The notes beneath the pieces were generated by a model. The model saw only the letters and a program-made list of their open reading frames with translations, was not told the DNA's origin and ran no database searches. Shown here in pieces: positions 48,966 through 57,046 of a stretch of DNA of 64,000 bases. Within the stretch, counting starts at the first letter, position 1, and each line of letters begins with the position of its first letter. Made by a program: the position numbers and the translations under genes. The DNA comes from Escherichia phage Ptacy1532: sequence record PQ863255.1; one strand, written 5' to 3'.

Positions 48966-49217
48966 CTACTCCTGAACCACTGACATACGAATCATTTCTA
49001 CCTGATCATCAAGACCTTTAACAGATAATACACCTGTGGAAAGGTTTATCACAGGAACCCAGCCACTGGCTATGCGAATGTTACCAGAAGCATTTTCAAC
49101 CCTCATGTAATACTGAGGAGAAGCACTTCCGTTCTGAACTACGAAGGGGTTTCCGGGAATGATTGTTTCCAATCGTACCGTATTATCCTTTTTCTTAGGG
49201 ATGATTTTCATTAGCAA
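48966..49217 (-). CDS. small protein of the tandem ~80-aa paralog family
   Basis: Family pattern; INLSTGVLS motif. Confidence 0.5.
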   Translation of the reverse strand: MLMKIIPKKKDNTVRLETIIPGNPFVVQNGSASPQYYMRVENASGNIRIASGWVPVINLSTGVLSVKGLDDQVEMIRMSVVQE

Positions 49218-49459
49218 TCACTCACTAAAAGTTCTGCCGACACAGGAATAACTTGGCACCAGCTAGACGGTGCTGTTACGTTACCATCAGATAGACGGAG
49301 AGAGAGTACTCGATCAGAGTTAACGGTTACATTAGGACTTTCAGATACAGTCCCTTTGACATAGAGAGTAGCACTCTCGGGGAATTTAAACACTGCTCCG
49401 CTGGGAAGGGTGTTGAGATCAACCTTGGTCACTTCTTCTTTCTTGTGAGTAATCTTCAT
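49211..49459 (-). CDS. small protein of the tandem ~80-aa paralog family
   Basis: Family pattern; LNTLPSGAVF. Confidence 0.5.
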   Translation of the reverse strand: MKITHKKEEVTKVDLNTLPSGAVFKFPESATLYVKGTVSESPNVTVNSDRVLSLRLSDGNVTAPSSWCQVIPVSAELLVSDC

Positions 49460-49710
49460 TTAGAATCCTTAATAACGTTAGCTTCAACCTTAACAGGAAT
49501 AACAGAGATGCCCTCAACGGGGCCACTTAAGTGTCCATCTTCCAGTCTGACACACACGACTCGATCTCGTGCAACTTCTACCCAATTAGTAGATGCCGCA
49601 GTACAGACCATATGAATTGGACCGTTCTCTTCCAGCCGGAAGGTATCGCCCTTCTTCAGAGTGTGGAGTTTCACAGTCTTGATAGTTTTGTTCAATTCGT
49701 TAACTTTCAT
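49456..49710 (-). CDS. small protein of the tandem ~80-aa paralog family
   Basis: Family pattern; LHTLKKGDTF. Confidence 0.5.
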   Translation of the reverse strand: MKVNELNKTIKTVKLHTLKKGDTFRLEENGPIHMVCTAASTNWVEVARDRVVCVRLEDGHLSGPVEGISVIPVKVEANVIKDSK

Positions 49711-49718
49711 ATTGATTC

Positions 49719-50030
49719 CTATTTAAGTTTCAGGCTAATATTAAGGTGCATACATGCCCTGTTCTGTACAGCAGCATAGCTTCTACCGAGCATGTCAGCC
49801 ATTCTCTGAATAGGCATGAACCCAGCATTACGGATAAGGAACTGATCTTCTTCTTCAGACCACTTAACTCGGATTGAAGCTCTTGATATTCCGAACTTAG
49901 TGCAAGCTGTGTTAACAGCATTCTCCGTTACATTCATAATCTGAGCAACTTCTTTAACCGAGTACTCTTTGATTAATCTCCGAAGATTTTCAATCTGCAT
50001 CGGAGTCCATATAGTTCTTCGCGCTTTCAT
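49719..50030 (-). CDS. DNA-binding protein with two helix-turn-helix-like segments
   Basis: SVKEVAQIMNVTENAVNTAC and IQRMADMLGRSYAAVQNRA resemble tandem HTH units. Confidence 0.45.
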   Translation of the reverse strand: MKARRTIWTPMQIENLRRLIKEYSVKEVAQIMNVTENAVNTACTKFGISRASIRVKWSEEEDQFLIRNAGFMPIQRMADMLGRSYAAVQNRACMHLNISLKLK

Positions 50031-50510
50031 ATACCCTCCAATTAAAAAGAAGAAAACTATCAGGGGAGTACACTAGCTCTGGGCCACGCTGTAGACATCG
50101 GCCTACCTTCCACAGCTAATCAGCTAATGTACTCTCCTAATAGTTTATGAATAGGGGGAGGGGACGAATCCTCCCATATCCTATTAATTAATATTGCATG
50201 TAAGATCTAACAATCGGTTGCCTTTGTAGGAATAAGCGTTATGCTAATCCAGCACTAAACTCCCGCCCCCTTAGTGGGCTGGGTTATTAAAGGGTAACGC
50301 CCTTATGGGCTAGTTACGTGAATGTTAGTTTGATAGGAGATCTGAAGTCCTATCTCAAAGGACTCTCGTAAGAATCCTTCACGATATTACTTATTCAACT
50401 CTCGTCGGCTATCTCTCCAAGCCAACCAAGTGTAGATTTTCAACTCTTCAAAATCTTCTGGAGAGAATAGATATTCTTTGAAGGTGTCACCAAACCACTC
50501 TAAAAATTCT

Positions 50511-50711
50511 TCAGTCACAAATACCTCTTGCTTTATAGGTGGTACAGATTAATGTTGCATGTCTTTGGTTATACAGTTCGAAGTAATGAGGCTTGCTCCA
50601 GTCTCTGTCTCTGGTAAAGGATTGAAGAATGAAGTGCCTGTCACATCCAAGCCATTCAGAAACATCCATCGCTAGACGTATAGGAGAACCTCTGAATTCC
50701 CTCCGCTCCAT
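50511..50711 (-). CDS. hypothetical protein
   Basis: 66-aa ORF. Confidence 0.4.
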   Translation of the reverse strand: MERREFRGSPIRLAMDVSEWLGCDRHFILQSFTRDRDWSKPHYFELYNQRHATLICTTYKARGICD

Positions 50712-50722
50712 TTAAACCTCTC

Positions 50723-50896
50723 TTAGCAAGACTGGTCACAAGGTTGATCTCCGCATGTTTTACAGATCACTGGTGAGTAACTACAGGCAGGATACACTGA
50801 CACACCATCCCATGTCTCACACCCACAGTCAGGACATGTGCCGTTAGATTCCATGTCATCATCGTCGTCTATTTCACCGCCACCAAAACAACTCAT
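50723..50896 (-). CDS. small Cys-rich protein (57 aa; probable zinc-binding)
   Basis: ATG with strong AAGGAG RBS; multiple CxxC pairs (CPDCGC, CKTCGD, CDQSC). Confidence 0.4.
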   Translation of the reverse strand: MSCFGGGEIDDDDDMESNGTCPDCGCETWDGVSVYPACSYSPVICKTCGDQPCDQSC

Positions 50897-50905
50897 ACAG
50901 GCTCC

Positions 50906-51127
50906 TTAGTAAACTAAACCTATAGCCTTTGCATCGGGCTGAGGGACTACCTTTGCGCTAGGGCGATAGCCATCCACTGAACCATTCCAAAGGTTGACAC
51001 AGGTAATATACCCATCGTCTATGATGTCTGTTTTAATCCAGAAGTGTTTATCATGACCAAAGATACTTCCGTTTGGCAGCGTGGACAGTTCAGCGGTTTT
51101 AAGTGACTGCTTAGAGTCTAGTTTCAT
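50906..51127 (-). CDS. small protein of the tandem ~80-aa paralog family
   Basis: LSTLPNGSIFGHDKHFW ... NLWNGSVDGY; closest to 54173..54391. Confidence 0.5.
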   Translation of the reverse strand: MKLDSKQSLKTAELSTLPNGSIFGHDKHFWIKTDIIDDGYITCVNLWNGSVDGYRPSAKVVPQPDAKAIGLVY

Positions 51128-51134
51128 AATAACC

Positions 51135-51383
51135 TCAATTATCGTAGCATGTATTCCAATACATGTAGTTAACGCACGTTCTCGGTTTGATTCCGTACAT
51201 AATGAAGTGAGTCTTTTTAATCCTTTCCTTCAGCGTGTAATAAAGGCCATCACTGAAGTTACCAATCTTTACTTGGAAGCGTAAAGAGCGAGCATCCATT
51301 CGAAGCATAGAGATTAGCTGTACTCTGCTACCCCCAGCCATCTCTTCAAGAAGCTTCTTTGTATTCCAATAATGAGCTGTCAT
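51135..51383 (-). CDS. hypothetical protein
   Basis: 82-aa ORF. Confidence 0.45.
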   Translation of the reverse strand: MTAHYWNTKKLLEEMAGGSRVQLISMLRMDARSLRFQVKIGNFSDGLYYTLKERIKKTHFIMYGIKPRTCVNYMYWNTCYDN

Positions 51384-51384
51384 A

Positions 51385-51666
51385 TTACCACTCCTTACCG
51401 GTTGTTGTTACAGAACCGCCACACCATTGAGCATTGGATAAGGTTTTAGTCTCCTCATCTACTGCTGCACCGTTAAGACATGAGATACCACTGTAACGCA
51501 TATCAATTTCACCAGAAGGAACCTTCTCACCTTTATGCCAGCGAGAAACACAAACACCTTCCACTGCTACTGCACACCATCCATCAGGACGGCTCTGTAC
51601 ACAGCCTGTAAGGGTTATGCAGACAAGGAAGATACAGATTAAGGATATTACACCACCCCAACTCAT
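51385..51666 (-). CDS. lipoprotein (candidate superinfection-exclusion/host-envelope protein)
   Basis: Signal peptide with lipobox LTGC (ICIFLVCITLTGC). Confidence 0.5.
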   Translation of the reverse strand: MSWGGVISLICIFLVCITLTGCVQSRPDGWCAVAVEGVCVSRWHKGEKVPSGEIDMRYSGISCLNGAAVDEETKTLSNAQWCGGSVTTTGKEW

Positions 51667-51686
51667 AACTACCTCCTATTTGATGT

Positions 51687-51763
51687 GGTGCGCCCTACAG
51701 GACTCGAACCTGTAACCAATAGCTTAGAAGTAAAGTTTCTATCCTTGTAATGAAGTTTTCATT
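51687..51763 (-). pseudogene. tRNA-like 3' fragment (intact T-arm, acceptor 3' strand and CCA; no matching 5' acceptor strand)
   Basis: Minus strand ends ...ACAGGTTCGAGTCCTGTAGGGCGCACCA; contains CTTCTAAGCT like the tRNA-Arg anticodon region, but no GCGCCCT-type 5' strand found. Confidence 0.3.
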
Positions 51764-51764
51764 G

Positions 51765-51839
51765 TGGCGTTCCCTCGTGGAATCGAACCACGAATAAGAG
51801 CTTAGAAGGCTCCAGTTATATCCGTTTAACTAAGGGAAC
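51765..51839 (-). tRNA. tRNA-Arg (anticodon UCU)
   Basis: Cloverleaf folded by hand: acceptor GTTCCCT/AGGGAAC, D-stem GTTA/TAAC, anticodon stem GGAGC/GCTCT with loop CTTCTAA, T-arm CGTGG-TTCGATT-CCACG, encoded CCA. Confidence 0.8.
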
Positions 51840-51845
51840 ATTACA

Positions 51846-52196
51846 ATGAAAACTTGCACAACCTGTCACACCCAAAAGGAAGATTCAGATTTTTACAAGA
51901 AAGGAGATCGACTTCATTCTATGTGTAAACAATGCTTCAATGCCTACTGTATTGAACGTTGGAGACAAAGAAAGACTCAAGCGGTTAAAGATTTCGGAGG
52001 TAAATGTCATGACTGCAATCAAGAGTACCCAGATGCAGTCTTTGATTTCCACCACCTAGACCCTTCTGAAAAAGATTTTGATTGGAATAAACTAAGACTC
52101 CGATCTATTGACTCTATCAGAGAGGAGTTAAGCAAGTGCGTAATGCTCTGTGCTAACTGTCACCGTATTCGTCACATCGATTGCTCTATCCATTGA
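51846..52196 (+). CDS. HNH endonuclease (opposite-strand, free-standing; likely homing endonuclease)
   Basis: CxxC ... FHHLDP ... LCANCHRIRH; the only credible plus-strand gene inside the minus block, 7 nt from the tRNA-Arg 5' end. Confidence 0.6.
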   Translation: MKTCTTCHTQKEDSDFYKKGDRLHSMCKQCFNAYCIERWRQRKTQAVKDFGGKCHDCNQEYPDAVFDFHHLDPSEKDFDWNKLRLRSIDSIREELSKCVMLCANCHRIRHIDCSIH

Positions 52197-52209
52197 GCTA
52201 AGAGCGCGG

Positions 52210-52380
52210 AATTATTTAGATCATATCTCGCTTAGTGATATGACCACATGTTTTACATCGAAGTATGTAACGAGTTCCGGTACTTTCCAGTTTACCAAAC
52301 TCATTGTATGTATTTAAACTAACCGCTTTGATTGTCTCCCACTCATGGAGATGGAAGAGATATTTAAACCACTTGAACAT
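52210..52380 (-). CDS. small hypothetical protein (56 aa, CxxC-containing)
   Basis: ATG with GAGGTGG RBS 2 nt after the upstream stop. Confidence 0.3.
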
Positions 52381-52382
52381 AA

Positions 52383-52616
52383 TTATACCACCTCAACGAG
52401 AGATGTTTTCCACCCAAACAGAGGTCCATTATCATTAAGATAAACAGCCCCTCCAGTCTCGAATGGAGTTCCATAAGGGAGTGCCCAAGCATGCCCACGA
52501 ATTTCTGGCTTATGAGTAAACCCATACACTTCGCCGTTGCTATCAGTTGCTAAATATCTTATAGAGTTACCTATTTTAATAACTTCACCAAAATATTTAA
52601 CCTCTTTAGTCTTCAT
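52383..52616 (-). CDS. hypothetical protein, paralog of 52624..52875
   Basis: Track ORF trimmed to the ATG with GAGGT RBS; shares VI.I ... RY.A.D..G.V ... KP pattern with the neighbour. Confidence 0.45.
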   Translation of the reverse strand: MKTKEVKYFGEVIKIGNSIRYLATDSNGEVYGFTHKPEIRGHAWALPYGTPFETGGAVYLNDNGPLFGWKTSLVEVV

Positions 52617-52623
52617 CAGAACC

Positions 52624-52875
52624 TCAAGCACAAGCAGGGAGAGTAATGATTTTATACTGACCTTCAAACTCTCCAAATAAGCCCAAGAATGTAGGACTGT
52701 AAGTACCAGTGCAAACAAACTCATCAAACAATGCGTTATAGCTAGGCTTAATCTTCCAAGCCCATACATAACCCATCTTGTCAATTGCAATGTAACGAGT
52801 GTTCAGAGGAACAGTCATCATTACACCATCAACTTCGATTACTTTAGTTATTGGTGCAGCTTGAAAGTTTTTCAT
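52624..52875 (-). CDS. hypothetical protein, paralog of 52383..52616
   Basis: See paralog. Confidence 0.45.
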   Translation of the reverse strand: MKNFQAAPITKVIEVDGVMMTVPLNTRYIAIDKMGYVWAWKIKPSYNALFDEFVCTGTYSPTFLGLFGEFEGQYKIITLPACA

Positions 52876-53057
52876 ACTTTACCTTTAATGAAAATATCAT
52901 TACCACAGACACAGCATGAACGAACAACAGTAGCGCCACGCTGAACGATACGAACCTCTTCCTTAACCAGACTAATACGAGCACCGCAGCAAGGAGAATT
53001 GACATAAGAGTAACCAGCTTGCGTATGTTTGATTGTTTGCTTAGACATTTTATTCAA
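52872..53057 (-). CDS. small zinc-ribbon protein
   Basis: CCGARI ... CCVCGN. Confidence 0.4.
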   Translation of the reverse strand: MNKMSKQTIKHTQAGYSYVNSPCCGARISLVKEEVRIVQRGATVVRSCCVCGNDIFIKGKV

Positions 53058-53397
53058 GATCTCTTAGTTGTTCAGCCAATTGTTCACATTCGTTGACGCA
53101 GAACTCTTCTGTTCTTGGTACCCCGTTAGGGTTGAACCGTGTCTTGTCACACGCATGGGCACAATCAAATCCGACTGTATTTAAACCACCCATCTCTTCA
53201 AGAGAGTCCTGCCATGTAACACCACCATGAACATCAACATCACAAACACGTTCTTCCTTTCCGTTGTATCCTGTGAAGTTTTTATTGCTTAAACTATCTG
53301 GCAACTCCACATACCCACAAAAGTGGGAGTCGTTCATGTGCATAATCACAGCACGAAGACCTGATTTAGTTACCCAATCTTTAACCATGCGTCTCAT
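53050..53397 (-). CDS. hypothetical protein (Cys/His-containing)
   Basis: 115-aa ORF. Confidence 0.45.
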   Translation of the reverse strand: MRRMVKDWVTKSGLRAVIMHMNDSHFCGYVELPDSLSNKNFTGYNGKEERVCDVDVHGGVTWQDSLEEMGGLNTVGFDCAHACDKTRFNPNGVPRTEEFCVNECEQLAEQLRDLE

Positions 53398-53440
53398 ATA
53401 AGCACCTCTTGTTAGTTTAAGTAAGAGTTGTCCCTTAATT

Positions 53441-53470
53441 AAAACAACAAAGGCCGCCCGAAGGCAGCCT
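53441..53470 (-). terminator. Rho-independent terminator
   Basis: AGGCTGCC-TTCG-GGCGGCCT hairpin followed by TTGTTGTTTT on the minus strand, right after the stop of 53475..53726. Confidence 0.45.
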
Positions 53471-53474
53471 CTCT

Positions 53475-53726
53475 TTATTGACTAACACCACGAATCAGAT
53501 GATTCTGTAGCATTTCATCTTCTGCATTATATAGGAATGCAAACATCAACTCCTTAGCCACATCTCTTGAGCAATTAAGACACTTAGAGATTTGCGTTAG
53601 TTGCATGTTGCGTTCAGTGTGTTCCATCAAGGCAATGCGAATGATCTCTCGCATACCTATCACATGGGTTGTCTTAACCGGCATAGGTCCAATTGCCTTG
53701 CTTGTTACGAATGGCTGACATTGCAT
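53475..53726 (-). CDS. hypothetical protein (possible small DNA-binding protein; start uncertain)
   Basis: Track ORF; a 46-aa alternative ORF with better RBS overlaps its 5' end, so the true start may be the internal MREII. Confidence 0.4.
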   Translation of the reverse strand: MQCQPFVTSKAIGPMPVKTTHVIGMREIIRIALMEHTERNMQLTQISKCLNCSRDVAKELMFAFLYNAEDEMLQNHLIRGVSQ

Positions 53727-54054
53727 GAAGCCAGAAGCCTTCCAGTTTCAGAGCACCATTAGCTACTACATCCATACGTTCAGGGCGGTTCATACGTTTG
53801 GTTGATACTTTCATACATATCTCTCTTTGTTAGTGGAGGCATTATTGCCAGTTGATATAAGGGATAGCCCTAGTCAGGAGGCTAATTCTGACCGCGTACT
53901 CATTGCCGACCTTCTCTGCCTAAGAGTTCAGGTTCTAGAGCTATCTCTTATTCCAACTGGTGAAGACTCCCTACCCCTAGGAAGTCTCCTGAATCCCAAA
54001 CCAATACGTACCCCTACATATCGGAAAGTCTTTCGAAAATTAACAGGTTTTAGT

Positions 54055-54178
54055 CTAACACCGGATGTTCGAGCAAGCTCTCCCTAGCGGTGTGGCATAT
54101 GCCTGAATTAATAAGTTAATGAGGAACACCCTCACATAGCCCTCTGATAAACACAAGGGCTATAAGTCGATGTTACTT
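54055..54178 (-). promoter_or_regulatory. conserved intergenic element, copy B
   Basis: Same ordered blocks as copy A; stem TAGCCCT/AGGGCTA conserved while the loop differs. Confidence 0.35.
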
Positions 54179-54391
54179 TTGGGATAAACACAGATCAGGA
54201 CGTGGCATAACAGTGGTTGATAGACCGAAGACTTCAACAGAACCGCTGTTCAGATCGGCGGCCTTACACAAACCGTCAGGAGTTTTATCTTCTAACATCA
54301 GCCAGAAACGTCTATCGTAAGAGAAAACATCACCACCTTTAACATCTTCTGCATTTGAATATTTAGGATAATCAACTACTTTAATTTCCAT
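54173..54391 (-). CDS. small protein of the tandem ~80-aa paralog family
   Basis: VKGGDVFSYDRRFW ... DLNSGSVEVF. Confidence 0.5.
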   Translation of the reverse strand: MEIKVVDYPKYSNAEDVKGGDVFSYDRRFWLMLEDKTPDGLCKAADLNSGSVEVFGLSTTVMPRPDLCLSQK

Positions 54392-54401
54392 TTACTTACC
54401 T

Positions 54402-54620
54402 TTACTGATAGATGGAGAGGTGGATAAGTTTATTCACATAAGTGAAGTTAGGTAGGGTTTTCATCTCATTGTTGAAGACATTAAAACAACGAACCCCGCC
54501 CTCTACAGCATAAGCAGATTTCTGAAACAGACTACCTCCCCACACAAATACATCATGTGTTTCAAGAGATCGTAACTGAACAGCCTCGTCAACAACCTTC
54601 TTTTCAATGTTCATATTCAC
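54402..54620 (-). CDS. small protein of the tandem ~80-aa paralog family (divergent member)
   Basis: LRSLETHDVF ... weaker match to the family pattern. Confidence 0.45.
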   Translation of the reverse strand: MNMNIEKKVVDEAVQLRSLETHDVFVWGGSLFQKSAYAVEGGVRCFNVFNNEMKTLPNFTYVNKLIHLSIYQ

Positions 54621-54871
54621 TTCCGATTGGTAATTACTGCATCTGGGATAAGGATTACAGGAAGATTTGAATTAAGCTTCATAACCTGATTAGTTCTTAA
54701 ACCAAGCACAACTGTTCCAGAATCTTTCTTGTTCGACTCGGTTACATGTGGAGTGAATAAACTAACAACCAAATAATGATCGACGCGTGTAGATTTAACT
54801 TGGAATACATCTCCAAGCTTTAAATCACCCACTGTAAGATCTGGGTCTTTTAGTTCAAGATCAATCTTCAT
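54617..54871 (-). CDS. small protein of the tandem ~80-aa paralog family
   Basis: MKIDLELKDPDLTVGDLKLGDVFQV. Confidence 0.5.
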   Translation of the reverse strand: MKIDLELKDPDLTVGDLKLGDVFQVKSTRVDHYLVVSLFTPHVTESNKKDSGTVVLGLRTNQVMKLNSNLPVILIPDAVITNRK

Positions 54872-55107
54872 TCTTCCGCCTTGTTCGTGAGTCGGGCGTT
54901 GTGAACTTTCTTAACAACTTCATGGGTGAAACCATCAGAAATCACACCAGTAGAAAGGTTAATACATTTTCTCTGATCTCCTGATTTGTTATAAACACTT
55001 GAGGACATATAATAATCACTTGTGTTCAGAGGGAATTGAAAAACCTCCCCCGACTCTAAATCACCAAGACAGACAACCTTAGGGGTGTTGTTCATGTCAA
55101 TCTTCAT
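54868..55107 (-). CDS. small protein of the tandem ~80-aa paralog family
   Basis: MKIDMNNTPKVVCLGDLESGEVFQF ... CINLSTGVIS. Confidence 0.5.
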   Translation of the reverse strand: MKIDMNNTPKVVCLGDLESGEVFQFPLNTSDYYMSSSVYNKSGDQRKCINLSTGVISDGFTHEVVKKVHNARLTNKAEE

Positions 55108-55333
55108 CTTTAGCCTCTATGTTAGTTATGTGGAGATCACCTCGTACTTGGCAAACTTCATCCCGTTTAAAAGGCATAAGCTTTCCAGTTACCACATCAA
55201 CACAGTTGATATAATTATCTGCGTACAGGGTGTCGGTTCTAATGTAAAGAGAGTCTTTACGCTCAAATAGAACGCCCGGCTTCATGTTGTTTAAGCTAAG
55301 CATTGTACGATCGGATTTAATATTAACTTTCAC
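55097..55333 (-). CDS. small protein of the tandem ~80-aa paralog family (probable GTG start)
   Basis: Track ORF trimmed to GTG preceded by AGGAGA (7 nt); VKVNIKSD ... MKPGVLF ... CVDVVTGKL. Confidence 0.45.
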   Translation of the reverse strand: MKVNIKSDRTMLSLNNMKPGVLFERKDSLYIRTDTLYADNYINCVDVVTGKLMPFKRDEVCQVRGDLHITNIEAKDED

Positions 55334-55619
55334 TGTTAATCTCCTGCTGCTTAGCAATAGCCACTCGCAAATCTTCATTAGCACGAGTGAGGCGCAATAC
55401 TTCATGATTGAGGCTCTGAAGACGCTTGTTTCTGTCTTCAACTTGCATAATAAGATCGTTAAGTGTTACTTTAACTTTCTCATTATACATCTCATCCACT
55501 CGGACTAGAGATTTATACATTCTTTCCCAGCTTGCTGCTTTGTTTCTGAGAACAATAAATCCTATAACGCTGATAGTTAAACAGCTTACAAAAAGGAATT
55601 TATATACTTCTAAAGTCAT
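55323..55619 (-). CDS. membrane-anchored coiled-coil protein
   Basis: N-terminal TM helix FLFVSCLTISVIGFIVL followed by heptad-like charged helix. Confidence 0.45.
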   Translation of the reverse strand: MTLEVYKFLFVSCLTISVIGFIVLRNKAASWERMYKSLVRVDEMYNEKVKVTLNDLIMQVEDRNKRLQSLNHEVLRLTRANEDLRVAIAKQQEINSES

Positions 55620-55819
55620 ATCATTTTACCCTTTATCAGAGATTAAAAGTAATATTATTTAAGTAAGTTAAATTTAGTAAACTTATTTTCTAAGAAATTT
55701 TCAAAGGGTCTATATACAGAGCATTACCCATAGTCCCAGAATACTACCATCTTTTTCAATAAATTTACTAAGTGGTTGGTTTATAAAGGAATTTAGTTTG
55801 TCAAATCTGGCACTAGTGA

Positions 55820-56209
55820 TTATTCCCTAGAGCTATTATCGAACACTAAATCACCACAATACATAGGATTGGCATACCATTTTGGCACCCCTTCGCTCTT
55901 ACTCTGAAAGTAAGTCCCACTATACAGCGGAACATAATTCTTCTTAAGGGCACGTTTAGCCAGCCGCTCGCTTTCTCCAATGGCTTGCTTAGTCATCGGA
56001 TTTTTATCACGAATCAGCTTTACATAACGTTTATAAGGTTTCTCCTGTTTTAATAGTACCGGAATCCACTCAAACTGGTTCTTTTGTCTTATCACCTGTT
56101 CAGCGGTCAGTTTTCGTTGAGCCATTCTATTTATTACGGTATCCGCAACTAAAGCCTTACATGCGGTTGGCTGATTCCCTGCCTCATAATAAATAGTCAA
56201 TGTCAACAT
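55820..56209 (-). CDS. cell-wall hydrolase (SleB / Hydrolase_2-like); endolysin candidate
   Basis: YYEAGNQP..CKALVADTVINRM ... QKNQFEW ... YCGDLVF follows the SleB-type consensus. Confidence 0.55.
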   Translation of the reverse strand: MLTLTIYYEAGNQPTACKALVADTVINRMAQRKLTAEQVIRQKNQFEWIPVLLKQEKPYKRYVKLIRDKNPMTKQAIGESERLAKRALKKNYVPLYSGTYFQSKSEGVPKWYANPMYCGDLVFDNSSRE

Positions 56210-56256
56210 TAGCTGGGCCGTTGTTATCAGAACTTGCTACCTCCTGTTTTACGGGC

Positions 56257-56284
56257 ATAAAAAAGCCCCAGCCGTAGCCGGGGC
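56257..56284 (-). terminator. Rho-independent terminator (second of a tandem pair)
   Basis: GCCCCGGC-TACG-GCTGGGGC hairpin followed by TTTTTT on the minus strand. Confidence 0.4.
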
Positions 56285-56342
56285 AAACCTGAAAGCAACA
56301 CATGACCGTTGCTATAAATACACTCGCAAATGCACTTACAGC

Positions 56343-56369
56343 AACGCAAAAAGCCGCCCAAAGGCGGCT
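56343..56369 (-). terminator. Rho-independent terminator (first of a tandem pair)
   Basis: AGCCGCC-TTTG-GGCGGCT hairpin followed by TTTTTGCG on the minus strand. Confidence 0.45.
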
Positions 56370-56423
56370 ATGCGGAAGCTTCAAATGGGGAGAGTACGAC
56401 GCGACAGAAAGAGCGTCATAGTA

Positions 56424-56606
56424 CTAAAAGAGGGGGGTAGTATTCCATAGAGATCTTCTCTCTCTTTCCCTATTTTCAGCCTCTAATTCTTTCTTTAGTA
56501 ATTCGTTTTCTTCTTGCAAGGATGCTACCAGATGAACCAGAACATCAACTACTGCATCACCTTGCCGCATCTCTCTGACTTTATTTAGAATCTCTGAATA
56601 AATCAT
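56424..56606 (-). CDS. hypothetical protein (charged, helical)
   Basis: 60-aa ORF. Confidence 0.4.
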   Translation of the reverse strand: MIYSEILNKVREMRQGDAVVDVLVHLVASLQEENELLKKELEAENRERERRSLWNTTPLF

Positions 56607-57046
56607 TTTACCCTCGCCTCTTTGATGGGGTCAATGTATTTCTCAACGCCCCATTTATGTTTACTATCTGCGTAGAAAACATCAGGCGCACACTGACTTG
56701 TCTTAGGGAATGCTTGCGGGTCTTTCGTGCTACCTTTAAACTTCTGCTTACCACGGGTGCGACCATTACAGAAGATTTCTAACTTCTTCTCTTCTTCTGT
56801 TTTAGCGCCCCCGCTCTGTAACAAAGAACGTTTATGATCAGCTAACAACAACGCATCAGCACGATGGACACGATGGCCTACACGTTTTGCCACACTAGAA
56901 GGAACATGGGATTCAGCTTCAGCCTTTGCAGCACGACGTTTTAAACTACGCTTACTAACGTGATTGGTTGCCTTTGGCTTCTCTTTCTCCAATTCAGAAA
57001 TAGAAAAACAACGACCACCCTTCATGCTGATTTTAGATTTAGCCAC
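56603..57046 (-). CDS. basic hypothetical protein
   Basis: 147-aa Lys/Arg-rich ORF. Confidence 0.45.
   Translation of the reverse strand: MAKSKISMKGGRCFSISELEKEKPKATNHVSKRSLKRRAAKAEAESHVPSSVAKRVGHRVHRADALLLADHKRSLLQSGGAKTEEEKKLEIFCNGRTRGKQKFKGSTKDPQAFPKTSQCAPDVFYADSKHKWGVEKYIDPIKEARVK

Noticed and set aside
51687-51763. Second complete tRNA gene next to tRNA-Arg
   Set aside because: T-arm, acceptor 3' strand and CCA are present, but I could find no 5' acceptor strand complementary to AGGGCGC within about 80 nt, even allowing G-U pairs; called a tRNA-like fragment instead
56184-56384. 66-aa minus-strand track ORF upstream of the SleB-like gene
   Set aside because: Its sequence is largely the translation of two GC-rich terminator hairpins and their T-tracts; retained only as a remote holin possibility in the findings
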